64,000 nt of DNA from an uncultured Oscillospiraceae bacterium (GCA_964450865.1 CAYVHB010000004.1:40363-104362); one strand, 5' to 3'. Shown: positions 47,437 through 57,577, counted from the first letter of the stretch. The notes: generated by a model not told the origin, from the letters alone. A program made the numbers and translations.

Positions 47437-48249
47437 TCAGTCCAGTGTGTAAAAGTCCCATTGGTCGATCGGATTGCGAAAGGTGCGGGCTGATATGCCA
47501 TAGGCATAGGCAATATGACCCTCATGCAGAACGTCAGCCGGTTCACCGTCAGCCACGATCCGGCCCTCGACCATCAAGCACAGCCGGCTGCAATAACGGG
47601 CCGCTGCCCGCAAATCATGCAGGACCATGATCACCAGCTTGCCAGACCGGGCCAGGTCGCGGGCCAGCTGCAGGATCTGGACACTGTGGCGGACATCGAG
47701 ACTGGCGGTCGGTTCGTCGAGCAGGACGACCGGCGTATCCTGGGCCAGCACGCGTGCGATCATCACCCGCTGACGTTCGCCGCCAGATAATGCGGTAACG
47801 AGCTTGCCGGTCTCATTCGTGCTTTCAGTCGCTTCAAGAGCTGCTGTGACAATCGCCCGGTCGTTATCCGTCCAGGCATTCAGGGTCGACTGCCAGGGGT
47901 GCCGGCCCATCAGGACGACATCCGGCACCGGAAAAGCAAAGGGCACGGCGGTATCCTGATGCAAAAAAGAAATCTGGCGGGCCAGCTGGCGCAGGTGGAT
48001 TGACGGCAAAGCCTGGCCATTGATCCGGATTGAGCCGCTGTCCGGCTGCAGGAGACCGCCCAGATGGCGCAGCAAGGTGGATTTGCCGGCACCATTCGGG
48101 CCACAGATCCCAATGATTTCACCGCTTCTGGCATCAAGATCAATCCCGCGCAGAATCGCCTGGTCCCGACGCGCCCCAACGCGATAAAAAATTTCGTGGC
48201 AGATCAGTTCTACCGGCTCTGTATGCTGGATCAGGCATGATGCAATCAC
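47437..48249 (-). CDS. Iron-chelate/cobalamin-type ABC transporter ATP-binding protein (FecE/FepC/BtuD family)
   Basis: GPNGAGKSTLL, LSGGERQRVMIARVL, VLLDEPTASLD. Confidence 0.85.
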   Translation of the reverse strand: MIASCLIQHTEPVELICHEIFYRVGARRDQAILRGIDLDARSGEIIGICGPNGAGKSTLLRHLGGLLQPDSGSIRINGQALPSIHLRQLARQISFLHQDTAVPFAFPVPDVVLMGRHPWQSTLNAWTDNDRAIVTAALEATESTNETGKLVTALSGGERQRVMIARVLAQDTPVVLLDEPTASLDVRHSVQILQLARDLARSGKLVIMVLHDLRAAARYCSRLCLMVEGRIVADGEPADVLHEGHIAYAYGISARTFRNPIDQWDFYTLD

Positions 48250-49316
48250 AAACCAATCCCTCCCCGCCGTGAACGCAGCAATAAAAACAAAAAGTACGGC
48301 GAACCGACGAGGGCTGTCACCACACCGACCGAGATTTCAATCCCGCGCGGCATGGCGATCAGCCGGGTCAGCAGATCACAAAGCTGCAGGAGAATCGCCC
48401 CGCCGAAGGCACTGGCCAGCAGCAGCTGACGGTGTGCGGGCCCGACCAGCAGACGCATCATGTGCGGAATCATTAGGCCGATAAAGCCGATCGGCCCGGT
48501 GACGGCCACAATGGTTGCGGTACACACCGACACCAGGACAACGGTGACAAACCGGGTTCGCTGCGCGGCTACCCCCAGGGCCCGGGCTTCTTCGTCCCCG
48601 AGCAGCAGGATATCCAGGTCACGGCCTTGGACGAGCAGCAGCAGCACTGTCAGCAGCACTGGCCCCAGCATGATCAGGACATGTTCCCAGCGCCGGTTGG
48701 CCAGGCCGCCCATCGTCCAGAAAATATAGCTGGACACCTGATACTCGTTGGATAAAGTGAGAACCAGCGACGTCAGGGCGCTGAAAAAGGCACTCACGGC
48801 CATGCCACTCATGATCAGGGTTGATGTTTTGCCCAGATTGCCGCCCAGCGTGGTGCCTAGGCCGGCCAGGCCGAGAATCAGGGAAATAGCCAGCATGGCG
48901 CCGATGAAGGCGAAAACCGGCAAGATAAAGAAGGCTGCTATCCCGCTGGCGATGGCTATCAGGGCCCCCATGCTGGCCCCGGCCGAGACGCCCAGAATGC
49001 CTGGCTCGGCCAGAGGATTGCGGAAAATCCCCTGCATGGCTGTCCCGGCTACAGCCAGGCCCGAGCCGGCCAGGATGGCCGCAATCACCCGGGGCAGGCG
49101 AATCAGCAGGATAACAATCTGGCTGGACTGGTCGGCAGATGCATCAGGCCACAGGCCAAGGCCATGCAACAGGATGCGGATAATCGTCAGCGGGCTGATT
49201 GATACGGAACCCAGGCCAATCGCCAGGATCGTTGTCAAGCTCAGCAGCACAAATCCGGCTGCCACAATGAAAGCGGCCCCGGGGCGCTGGCGGTGTCGGC
49301 CGGATTTGAGCCACAC
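48246..49316 (-). CDS. FecCD family ABC transporter permease
   Basis: FecCD topology and conserved Gly-rich TM blocks; overlaps ATPase start by 4 nt. Confidence 0.85.
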   Translation of the reverse strand: MWLKSGRHRQRPGAAFIVAAGFVLLSLTTILAIGLGSVSISPLTIIRILLHGLGLWPDASADQSSQIVILLIRLPRVIAAILAGSGLAVAGTAMQGIFRNPLAEPGILGVSAGASMGALIAIASGIAAFFILPVFAFIGAMLAISLILGLAGLGTTLGGNLGKTSTLIMSGMAVSAFFSALTSLVLTLSNEYQVSSYIFWTMGGLANRRWEHVLIMLGPVLLTVLLLLVQGRDLDILLLGDEEARALGVAAQRTRFVTVVLVSVCTATIVAVTGPIGFIGLMIPHMMRLLVGPAHRQLLLASAFGGAILLQLCDLLTRLIAMPRGIEISVGVVTALVGSPYFLFLLLRSRRGGIGL

Positions 49317-50396
49317 TTACTTGAAATACTCGGGATAAGCCGCCCGCGCGAGGTCGACGACAGCCTGAACCATATACTGTGAAGTCGAGCTCTGGTAACG
49401 ATACGGCAGGGCGAGGATGCGGTTTTCCTTGACGGCAGGCAGGGTGGCCAGCAAGGGATCCGCTTTGATCGTCTCCATATAACTTGCCCCCTGGTCATCA
49501 ATGGCCTTGTAGTTTTCATCATAATGCATGCCCGGAACCACCAGCACATCCGGCTGCCACTCGCCAACGACTTTCTCCTTGCTGACAGCCGAGTAATTGG
49601 GAGCATTACAGACATTGACCAATCCGGCGGCGGCAGCGATGCTGGCAAAGGGTGAGCCTTCACCATAGGCACACAGCATCCCGGCGGCATCATATTTGTC
49701 TTCATAATAGATGGCCTTCAGGCGCTTGTCGGCTGGCAGCTGAGCCAGCCGGCTGGACACGGCCTGCAGCTGGGCGTCAATCTCGCCAACCAGCCGGGCC
49801 CCCGCTGCGGACGAGCCGGTCGCAGTTGCCAGCGTCGTAATCGTGGTCTTGACCTGATCCAGATTGGTCGGGGAGTTCAGCAACAGGACCGTGATACCGG
49901 CTTCCTTCAGTGTCCTGGACAGGGAGCCATCCGGATCCGAGAAGGTATCGATGATAACCAGGTCCGGTTGCAAGGCGACGATTCCTTCGGATTTGGTTGT
50001 GGCGACACGATTGGCTACCGCCCTGGCCTTCTCGGCTGCAGCGGAAAGCACAGGGTCATCACCCCAGGCCGACAGGGCAGCAATCCGGCCAGGCTCGACC
50101 AGGTCGAGCAGCATTTCGCCAGCCCAGACGGATGTAGCAATGATGGCCTTCGGCTCGGCTGCAACAGTCACTGACTCGCCGGCCGCATTCGGCACGCTGA
50201 CCGGGAAATGATCCGCGGCCAGGCTGGCGCTGGTTTCTGCAGCTACCGTTGTTGCCGCGGTTGTAGCCAGGCTGGCCGCCGTCGTTGGCATTGCTGGGCT
50301 GGATTCGCCGGTTCCGGCGACCTGACAAGCCCCAAGGCTGAAGATGAAAAGACTGGCCAGCAGACAGCCAGCCAGCAAACGTGCGTTTAGTCTCAT
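49317..50396 (-). CDS. ABC transporter periplasmic binding lipoprotein, iron-siderophore/B12 (Peripla_BP_2) type
   Basis: Lipobox SLGACQ, S/T-rich linker, class III SBP pattern (DLVII...EAGITVLL). Confidence 0.8.
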   Translation of the reverse strand: MRLNARLLAGCLLASLFIFSLGACQVAGTGESSPAMPTTAASLATTAATTVAAETSASLAADHFPVSVPNAAGESVTVAAEPKAIIATSVWAGEMLLDLVEPGRIAALSAWGDDPVLSAAAEKARAVANRVATTKSEGIVALQPDLVIIDTFSDPDGSLSRTLKEAGITVLLLNSPTNLDQVKTTITTLATATGSSAAGARLVGEIDAQLQAVSSRLAQLPADKRLKAIYYEDKYDAAGMLCAYGEGSPFASIAAAAGLVNVCNAPNYSAVSKEKVVGEWQPDVLVVPGMHYDENYKAIDDQGASYMETIKADPLLATLPAVKENRILALPYRYQSSTSQYMVQAVVDLARAAYPEYFK

Positions 50397-50804
50397 TGCT
50401 CAATCCTCCTGATTCATTCAATCGACTGGAAAATACTTTCAAATGGAGCTTTCTTTCATAGGGCACTTCAGTTCGCATACTTATTTAAGCATTGCTTGCC
50501 ACTATCTCAGTTTAGCCACTCCTTTCCCTTACAGCAATCAGCGACCGTGCGATTTTTTGTAATATTTTATGAAATTGTATTTTTTTGCAATCAGGAACGG
50601 CAGCAAGCTAAGTTATCCAGCCCCGGCCGCGCCGCCTTGCCGGCAACAGGAATTGCCATCCTGACACCAGTCGCCCGGACCCGATCAAATACAATTTCCC
50701 AACATTCAAGCAGCAATTTTGCCGAATTCAGTGTTTTCTCTTTACCTTCCTGCCAGATTCATTTACAATACAAACCAACTTAATCCCTTGGAGGTATACA
50801 TCTT

Positions 50805-51704
50805 ATGAAACGCAGAAACTGGCTGACGCTGGTCGTCCTGGTGCTGAGCGCGGCACTCCTGGCCACCGGCTGTGCCTCGACCACGACCACGACTGCCACC
50901 ACAACCGCGGGCAGCACGCCTGCTGAAAGCAGCACCACCACGGCCGCCAGCACCACCGCCGCGACCACCACGGCCGCCGCCGATGATTCCCTGCAGAAAG
51001 TGCTGGACAAGAAAGAGTTCGTCCTGGGTCTCGATGATGCCTTCCCGCCCATGGGCTATCGCGACGACAACAACCAGATTGTCGGCTTTGATATCGACCT
51101 GGCCAAGGAAGTCGCCAAACGCATGGGCGTCACCTTGAAACTGCAGCCAATCAAATGGGACCAGAAGTTCAATGAACTCGCAGCCGGCACCATCGATTGT
51201 ATCTGGAATGGCTATTCAATCGACGAAGAACGCAAAGAGAAGACCAATATTACCGATCCTTATATGAAGAACCGCCAGGTCGTCATTGTACTGGCCGATT
51301 CTTCCTTCAAGACCCTGGCTGATCTCGCCGGCAAAACGGTCGCTGTCCAGGCCGACTCCTCTGCTGAAGCCGCGGTTGACAAGCATCCGGAATTCAAGGA
51401 TACCCTGAAAGAAGTCGTCAAGCTCAATGACTATGTCACGGCTATCATGGACCTCAAGGCCAGCGGTTCTGACGCCCTGGTCATCGACGAAATCGTCGCC
51501 GGCTATTATATTGCCAAGGAAAACAAAGCCTACCGGATCCTTGATGAATCACTCGCTGAAGAAGAATACGGCGTCGGATTCCGCAAGGAGGACCAGTCCC
51601 TGCGCGACGAAGTCGAAAAGCAGCTCAAGGCCATGGCTGCTGACGGCACACTGGCCAGGATCTCAACGGAATGGTTCAGCAAGGATATCACGACAATCAA
51701 ATGA
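50805..51704 (+). CDS. Polar amino acid (glutamine-type) ABC transporter substrate-binding lipoprotein
   Basis: Lipobox LATGCAS, Thr-rich linker, SBP_bac_3 blocks; RBS GGAGGT. Confidence 0.85.
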   Translation: MKRRNWLTLVVLVLSAALLATGCASTTTTTATTTAGSTPAESSTTTAASTTAATTTAAADDSLQKVLDKKEFVLGLDDAFPPMGYRDDNNQIVGFDIDLAKEVAKRMGVTLKLQPIKWDQKFNELAAGTIDCIWNGYSIDEERKEKTNITDPYMKNRQVVIVLADSSFKTLADLAGKTVAVQADSSAEAAVDKHPEFKDTLKEVVKLNDYVTAIMDLKASGSDALVIDEIVAGYYIAKENKAYRILDESLAEEEYGVGFRKEDQSLRDEVEKQLKAMAADGTLARISTEWFSKDITTIK

Positions 51705-51849
51705 AACCTTTCCAGACTCCAGGCAAGCATAGCGCAACCTGCCAGTCCATGAAATATTGCCAGGCGCCAGGTGAAGCATAGCATGATCAGATAACAAATA
51801 TTGCGTTACCAGGTATCAGGTACAGCGTTACCAGGAATCAGGGCAACCG

Positions 51850-51882
51850 GGATGGGCGGACAGGCAGACTGTTCGCCCATCC
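51850..51882. repeat. Perfect 9-bp-stem GC-rich hairpin GGATGGGCG-N15-CGCCCATCC in SBP-permease spacer, preceded by direct repeat GCGTTACCAGG(T/A)ATCAGG x2
   Basis: Seen directly; no T-run. Confidence 0.6.
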
Positions 51883-51908
51883 TGCATCCTGAAACGGAGA
51901 TTCACGCG

Positions 51909-52553
51909 ATGGAATATGTCAAAATCCTGCCCTTCCTGCTGGAAGGCACCCTGAAGGCCATCGAGCTTTTTTTTATCACCCTGGGCCTGGCGGTGCCGCT
52001 GGGCTTGCTGGTCGCCCGGGCCGGCCAGTCCAAAAACCGCCTGCTGACAGCTCCGATCCGTTTATATCTGCTGATTATGCGCGGCACGCCCCTGATTTTG
52101 CAGCTGATCTTTTTTATGTATTTTCCGCCGTTTGTACTCGGTATCAGAATCGACCGTTTTGTTGCGGCCGTTCTGGCTTTCGCCTTGAATTATGGTGCCT
52201 ATTTCGCCGAGATCTTCCGGGGCGGCATTGAATCAATTGCCCGCGGACAATACGAAGCCGCCCATGTGCTGGGTTTCTCGTCCTGGCAGACGTTTCAGCG
52301 CATCATCCTGCCCCAGGTCGTCAAGCGGATCCTGCCAGCCTGTGGCAATGAATGCATGACCCTGGTCAAAGACACCGCCCTGGCCCAGACCATCGGCGTG
52401 GCCGAGCTCTTCCGGGCGGCCCAGAACAGCACATCGCGCATGGTCAGCATCATCCCGGTCATCATGGCCGGTGGTATTTACCTGCTGCTGAACAGCCTGG
52501 TATCCGTGGCGTTTGCCAGGAGTGAAAAACGGCTGAATTATTACCGCAATTAG
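51909..52553 (+). CDS. Amino acid ABC transporter permease
   Basis: EAA loop IARGQYEAAHVLGFS; polar aa permease family. Confidence 0.85.
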   Translation: MEYVKILPFLLEGTLKAIELFFITLGLAVPLGLLVARAGQSKNRLLTAPIRLYLLIMRGTPLILQLIFFMYFPPFVLGIRIDRFVAAVLAFALNYGAYFAEIFRGGIESIARGQYEAAHVLGFSSWQTFQRIILPQVVKRILPACGNECMTLVKDTALAQTIGVAELFRAAQNSTSRMVSIIPVIMAGGIYLLLNSLVSVAFARSEKRLNYYRN

Positions 52554-52574
52554 CAGGCAGGTCCGGAGGTAGGC

Positions 52575-53351
52575 ATGGCTATCCAGAATGAAGTTATTTT
52601 GCAGGTTGAAAATCTCAGTAAAAGCTTCGACGAGGTCGAGGTGCTCAAGGGAATGAATATGACCGTCCATCGCGGCGAGGTTGTAGCCGTTATCGGCCCG
52701 TCCGGCTCTGGCAAATCGACCTTGCTGCGCCTGATCAACCAGCTTGAACGCGCTGACCAGGGCACGATCGAAGTCTGCGGCCAGGCGCTGTGCCGGGCTG
52801 ACGGTCAGGGGCGGGCGATCTACGAGTCGGCAGCCACACTCAAGCAGATCCAGCTCAAGATCGGCCTGGTCTTCCAGAACTTCAATCTGTTCCCGCACTT
52901 TTCGATTCTGCGCAACATCACCGAGGCACCGGTCCAGGTCCTTGGCCTGGATAAATCCCGGGCCGAGGAGAAAGCGGCGCAGCTCTTACGCAAACTGGGG
53001 CTTTCGGATAAAGCGTCCGCCTACCCGTTCCAGCTGTCCGGTGGCCAGCAGCAGCGCGCTGCCATCGCCCGGGCCCTGGCGCTCGACCCGCAAATGATCT
53101 TTTTCGACGAACCGACATCGGCGCTTGATCCGGAACTCACCGGTGAAGTCCTGAAAGTTATCCGCGACCTGGCTGACGAGCACATGACCATGGTTGTCGT
53201 GACCCATGAGATGGCCTTCGCCCGTGAGCTGGCCGATCGGATCATCTTCATGGATCAGGGAGCGATTGTTGAAGCCGGGCCACCTGAGGCGGTCTTCAAT
53301 TCCACGCATGAACGGACGCGTCAATTCCTGCGCCGTTATAGCGAGCAGTGA
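52575..53351 (+). CDS. Amino acid ABC transporter ATP-binding protein (GlnQ-like)
   Basis: [35 protein letters not shown]. Confidence 0.9.
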   Translation: MAIQNEVILQVENLSKSFDEVEVLKGMNMTVHRGEVVAVIGPSGSGKSTLLRLINQLERADQGTIEVCGQALCRADGQGRAIYESAATLKQIQLKIGLVFQNFNLFPHFSILRNITEAPVQVLGLDKSRAEEKAAQLLRKLGLSDKASAYPFQLSGGQQQRAAIARALALDPQMIFFDEPTSALDPELTGEVLKVIRDLADEHMTMVVVTHEMAFARELADRIIFMDQGAIVEAGPPEAVFNSTHERTRQFLRRYSEQ

Positions 53352-53483
53352 TATTTTACTAAAATAACGCAAAATAGATATATAACCGGTTAATCAATCC
53401 AGCCGTGAATTGCGTCGTTCCAGATCAGGTTCATGACCGGTCCAAATAAGCTCGAAATAGATTGAATTTGATAAAAACAGCAA

Positions 53484-53526
53484 ACAAAAACAGCTTCGGG
53501 GCACCACTCCTGAAGCTGTTTCTATT
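53484..53526. terminator. Bidirectional rho-independent terminator
   Basis: AAAAACAGCTTCggggcaccactcctGAAGCTGTTTCTATT between convergent glnQ-like (+) and PHP (-) genes. Confidence 0.75.
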
Positions 53527-53849
53527 GGAGGAGAAAAGTATGAAAGAAGGAGGTTAGCAATTCCTGTCTTGCTATGAACTTATTTTAACAGACAAATTTG
53601 AAAAAACTGCATCTCAATTGTGAATAAATATTAACGGAATAAAAACAACTCTTTTTGTCACTTTTAAATGAATCGGGTTCATGAGGCCGGGAAGCAGTCT
53701 GAAAACAGGCTGGAAGCAATCTGGAAGCGGGCCCAATAACGATTGGCCAGTGACTTTTCAGCCTCCCGGCATCAACGTCGCCGTCTGCCTGGAACCGGAA
53801 CGGAGCGGCGGCCTGCCGGGCTGCGAGCAAAGCCGATAACAGGTCCCAT

Positions 53850-54605
53850 TCAGATATTTTCTGGTCCTTCCAGGCGAATAATGCCGCTATCACGCAGGGC
53901 GCGGGCCAGATCCGGGCTTGAGCGGACACGGCGATTCAATATGGTAGCGGCTGCTACATCATGAATTGAGTGATAATCAGATCCGGCGATTCCGATCAGC
54001 TGATGCTCCCGGGCAAATTCCAGGGCCTGCTGGTTGTTCAGGCCGTGGGCATTCAGCACCTCAACGCCATGCAGCCAGCGGGGATTGGCGCGAGTCATGC
54101 CCGGCCGGAAGGGGTGGGCCTGGGCGACAAACAGGTCGTGCTGATTAGCAAAAGCAAAAAAGCGCTCAAGGCCCATTTCGTAAAACGGTGGATTCTCCTT
54201 GAGCACAGACTCTGTCAAGCCATAAACCAGATAATCATTCCAGCTATGATCAAAGCGCAGCTCCATCCCCAGCAGTACATCAAAATCCCAGTCCCGGGTC
54301 AGATCCTGCGCTAAACGATAACTTTGCAGATAAGCGTCAATTTTGGCCGGCCACTGGCGACCCGGCAGCTGTTCGATCGCGTCGCGGAAAAAATGATCGG
54401 TTAACACCAGACCCGAATAGCCAGCCTGCCGATACAGCTGCGGGGTCTTGCACACGGGTGCGCGGGCACACCAGCTGATTTCACTGGTATGCAGGTGCAA
54501 CTCGTAGCGATACTCCGGATGCCCATGGACCGCTTGATCGGTAAATGGCTGACCTGACTTCCGGGCAGGGGCTGCATAAGGGGTGGGGGCCGATGAATTT
54601 GACAT
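53850..54605 (-). CDS. PHP domain phosphoesterase
   Basis: HLHTSEIS (HxH), LTDH, HPFR motifs of PHP family. Confidence 0.8.
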   Translation of the reverse strand: MSNSSAPTPYAAPARKSGQPFTDQAVHGHPEYRYELHLHTSEISWCARAPVCKTPQLYRQAGYSGLVLTDHFFRDAIEQLPGRQWPAKIDAYLQSYRLAQDLTRDWDFDVLLGMELRFDHSWNDYLVYGLTESVLKENPPFYEMGLERFFAFANQHDLFVAQAHPFRPGMTRANPRWLHGVEVLNAHGLNNQQALEFAREHQLIGIAGSDYHSIHDVAAATILNRRVRSSPDLARALRDSGIIRLEGPENI

Positions 54606-54691
54606 AGATCAGGAACACCTCTACAAAGACGCAATGCCAAGACGGGAACACATCACCGCCGGGCTTGCGCCAGTCGGGCCGCAGCCGCGGC

Positions 54692-55432
54692 TCAGGGCAG
54701 GGCGACGACCGCGCTGCCGCTGCTCAGGCTGGTGGCATCGGCCGGCCTTTCAATCAGCCAACCGCCGGCCGGGGTAACAATCCGCACCGTGACAGGCCGG
54801 TACACGGCACTGAAATCCTGACTGGCAATGGCCTGGACTGATGCCCGTTTCTCGCAATAATTCTGGAAAAGGGTCACGGCGTCGGCCTGGCTGACAGCAG
54901 CCGCCGCGGCAATCAGCAGGGTGTCATTTTGCTGGCCATGGATAACAACCGCCTGTGCTGTATCGACGGCAAACGGGCTGATCTCGGTCATGACGGCCAG
55001 CAATTGGCTGCGGTTGGCATTGCGTGACAGCAGCAGGGGCACGCTGACTCCGGCAATCAGGACGATGATAACCAGGACGATCGCTGTAATCTGCAGTTTT
55101 AGCTTCAGCGGCACAACAACATTGGGGATTTTGGGCGTTTCCCTGGGTATATAGGCAGGTTGAACCGGCTTTGCCGGTGTTTTTTTCACGGTTGTCGATT
55201 CGGTTGATTTAGGGATCGGGTAATTGACAGCCGGCTTGACATCCAGATTGGGTCCATCATACTTGGGCTGAGGCAGATTGGGAAATTTGACGCCCTGTGG
55301 ATTGGCCAGGATCTGGAAAGCATCGGAATTGGCAAAGACGGCATCGCAAAACAGGCAATGACCTTTTTCAGCCTGGGAATCGAGCTGGAGCAAAGAACCA
55401 CAATTGGGACACAGACCTTCTTTTTGGATCAT
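54692..55432 (-). CDS. Zinc-ribbon domain membrane protein of unknown function
   Basis: N-terminal CPNCG...CLFCD zinc ribbon, Pro/Lys-rich linker, single TM LQITAIVLVIIVLIAGVSV, extracytoplasmic C-domain. Confidence 0.6.
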   Translation of the reverse strand: MIQKEGLCPNCGSLLQLDSQAEKGHCLFCDAVFANSDAFQILANPQGVKFPNLPQPKYDGPNLDVKPAVNYPIPKSTESTTVKKTPAKPVQPAYIPRETPKIPNVVVPLKLKLQITAIVLVIIVLIAGVSVPLLLSRNANRSQLLAVMTEISPFAVDTAQAVVIHGQQNDTLLIAAAAAVSQADAVTLFQNYCEKRASVQAIASQDFSAVYRPVTVRIVTPAGGWLIERPADATSLSSGSAVVALP

Positions 55433-55740
55433 AACAGACCATCCTTTATTTATTACGCCGGTCGGAATAGCGCCGGCCGTCCGGTAGTGGTGAGATATAT
55501 CGCCGGCAAGCTGCCTTGTCTGTCCGCCAGGTGAGCGAAACAGCAGGTCGGCCGGCAATCCTGAGGCAAACGCAAATAATCTGCAAGAGCGGTGAAAACG
55601 CCGGGTCAAATCTCTTAGCCGTCGGGGCTGGGGCTTCCGGTCCGTCCACGCCTGGCTTCTGGCTTCCAGTCCCGCCAGTCCCGGCGGACAACATTATGTT
55701 ATTATAAGATTAAAAAACGGTTTCGACAAGGAGGCAGCCA

Positions 55741-56163
55741 ATGAAGCGAATTGTTATTGTTGACGGACAAGGCGGGGGTATGGGCAAAGCAATTATCGAA
55801 CGGTTGCGCCGTGAGGACCTGCGCGGGGCCGAACTGGTGGCCGTGGGGACGAATGCGCTGGCTACGGCAGCTATGCTCAAGGGCGGGGCGGATGCCGGCG
55901 CCTCTGGTGAATCGGCAGTCTGCTGGAATTGTCAGCGGGCGGACCTGATCATCGGGCCAATCGGCATCCTCGCGGTTGGTTCCATGCTGGGAGAACTGAG
56001 CGCCGCAATGGCCGAAGCGATCGGGAGCAGTCCAGCCCTGAAGATCCTGATCCCCTTCAGTCGCTGTAACATTCAGGTAGCCGGTCTCGGTGATGAGCCA
56101 TTGCTGGTCCGGCTGGACCAGGTTGCTGAAATGGTCCGCCGCTATCTGGCTGGTACCACCTGA
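55741..56163 (+). CDS. DUF3842 family protein
   Basis: MKRIVIVDGQGGGMGKAIIERL N-terminus typical of DUF3842; RBS AAGGAGG. Confidence 0.75.
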   Translation: MKRIVIVDGQGGGMGKAIIERLRREDLRGAELVAVGTNALATAAMLKGGADAGASGESAVCWNCQRADLIIGPIGILAVGSMLGELSAAMAEAIGSSPALKILIPFSRCNIQVAGLGDEPLLVRLDQVAEMVRRYLAGTT

Positions 56164-56278
56164 AAATCGCACAGGCAACAAAATCGCCGATTCTGCCAAC
56201 AATCTGCCGCTGTGAAAACAGGTGTTCCCCCGTATAATAGTCTTATCAGATCAAACCGTTTTCGAGGAGGATGCCTGC

Positions 56279-57577
56279 ATGATCGAACTCAAGAATCTCA
56301 ATGCGACACTGACCAGCCCGGCGGCTGCGTCCTGGTTTAATGACCTGTACGGGAACAGCCCGTCTGTCCATCAGGCACAGCAGGCCCGCTATCGCCGGCT
56401 TGGTGAATTATTTGCTGCCGAATACCCCGACCAGGCCAGGGTGCGGCTTTTCAGCACATCGGGCCGGACCGAGGTCGGCGGCAATCACACCGATCATCAG
56501 CATGGCCGGGTCCTGTGCGCGGCGGTCGATCTTGACATCATCGCCATGGCAGCCCCCAATGCCGACGGCATCATCCGGCTGCGTTCTGAGGGCTACACCG
56601 GTCGCAATGAGATCAACCTGTCTGACCTGGGCGTCCAGCCGGACGAAAAGGAAACCTCCGCGGCCCTGATTCGCGGTGTGGCGGCCGGCTTTGTCCGCGA
56701 CGGCTATGCCATTGGCGGCTGCGATATCTATACGACAAGCCAGGTTCCCAAGGGATCCGGGCTCAGTTCTTCCGCAGCCTTCGAAGTCCTGGTGGCGACT
56801 GTTCTCGATGGTTTATATAATCAGCATCAGGTACCGGCGGTCCAGAAAGCAATGATCGCCCAGTTCGCCGAAAATGTTTATTTTGGCAAGCCCAGCGGCC
56901 TGATGGATCAGTGCGGCTGCGCGGTCGGCGGTTTCATTGCCATTGATTTCGCCACGCCCGGCCAGCCACAGGTCGAGGCCATCGACAGTCATTTTGATGA
57001 TCATGGCTATTGCCTGGTCATTACCAATACCGGCGGCAGCCATGCTGACCTGACTGATGAATACGCGGCTGTGCCGCGCGACATGCGCCAGGTGGCAGCC
57101 CTGATGGGCCAGACCGTGCTGCGCGATGTCGATGAAGCTGCTTTCTGGCAAGCATTGCCACGGCTGCGCGACCAGGTCACAGACAAGGCGATCCTGCGGG
57201 CAATCCATTTCTTCCGCGATAATGCACGGGTCGTAGCCCAGGCAGCAGCCTTGCGCGAAGGACGCTTTGCCGACTTTCTCAAGCTGGTGCAGGATTCCGG
57301 CCTGAGTTCCTGGACACTGCTGCAAAATGTTTATGCCAGCCTATATCCGGCTGACCAGCCGATCTCCATTGGCCTGGCCTGGTCTGACCAGCTGCTGGCT
57401 GGCCGCGGCGTGACCCGTGTGCACGGCGGCGGCTTTGCCGGTACCATTCAGAGCTATGTGCCGGTTGAGCTGGCTGATGATTATCTGGCCGGCATGCAGG
57501 CCCTGTTTGGAGCCAATGCACCCTGGCGGCTGCGGATTCGCCAGCGCGGCACCTGCGAACTTCTGCCTGATTCATAA
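56279..57577 (+). CDS. galK: Galactokinase family sugar kinase (GHMP kinase)
   Basis: Galactokinase signature GRTEVGGNHTDHQHG and GHMP motif PKGSGLSSSAAFEV; RBS GAGGAGG. Confidence 0.85.
   Translation: MIELKNLNATLTSPAAASWFNDLYGNSPSVHQAQQARYRRLGELFAAEYPDQARVRLFSTSGRTEVGGNHTDHQHGRVLCAAVDLDIIAMAAPNADGIIRLRSEGYTGRNEINLSDLGVQPDEKETSAALIRGVAAGFVRDGYAIGGCDIYTTSQVPKGSGLSSSAAFEVLVATVLDGLYNQHQVPAVQKAMIAQFAENVYFGKPSGLMDQCGCAVGGFIAIDFATPGQPQVEAIDSHFDDHGYCLVITNTGGSHADLTDEYAAVPRDMRQVAALMGQTVLRDVDEAAFWQALPRLRDQVTDKAILRAIHFFRDNARVVAQAAALREGRFADFLKLVQDSGLSSWTLLQNVYASLYPADQPISIGLAWSDQLLAGRGVTRVHGGGFAGTIQSYVPVELADDYLAGMQALFGANAPWRLRIRQRGTCELLPDS

Noticed and set aside
50397-50560. Possible cobalamin riboswitch upstream of iron-chelate-type ABC operon
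   Set aside because: Only AGTGGC fragments; no B12-box GCCACTG in correct strand or order, no GGTG/AAnGGGAA core.
53540-53588. Two micro-ORFs MKEGG and MNLF as real genes
   Set aside because: 5 and 4 codons only; reported as a curiosity (SD-rich leader/remnant), not called as CDS.
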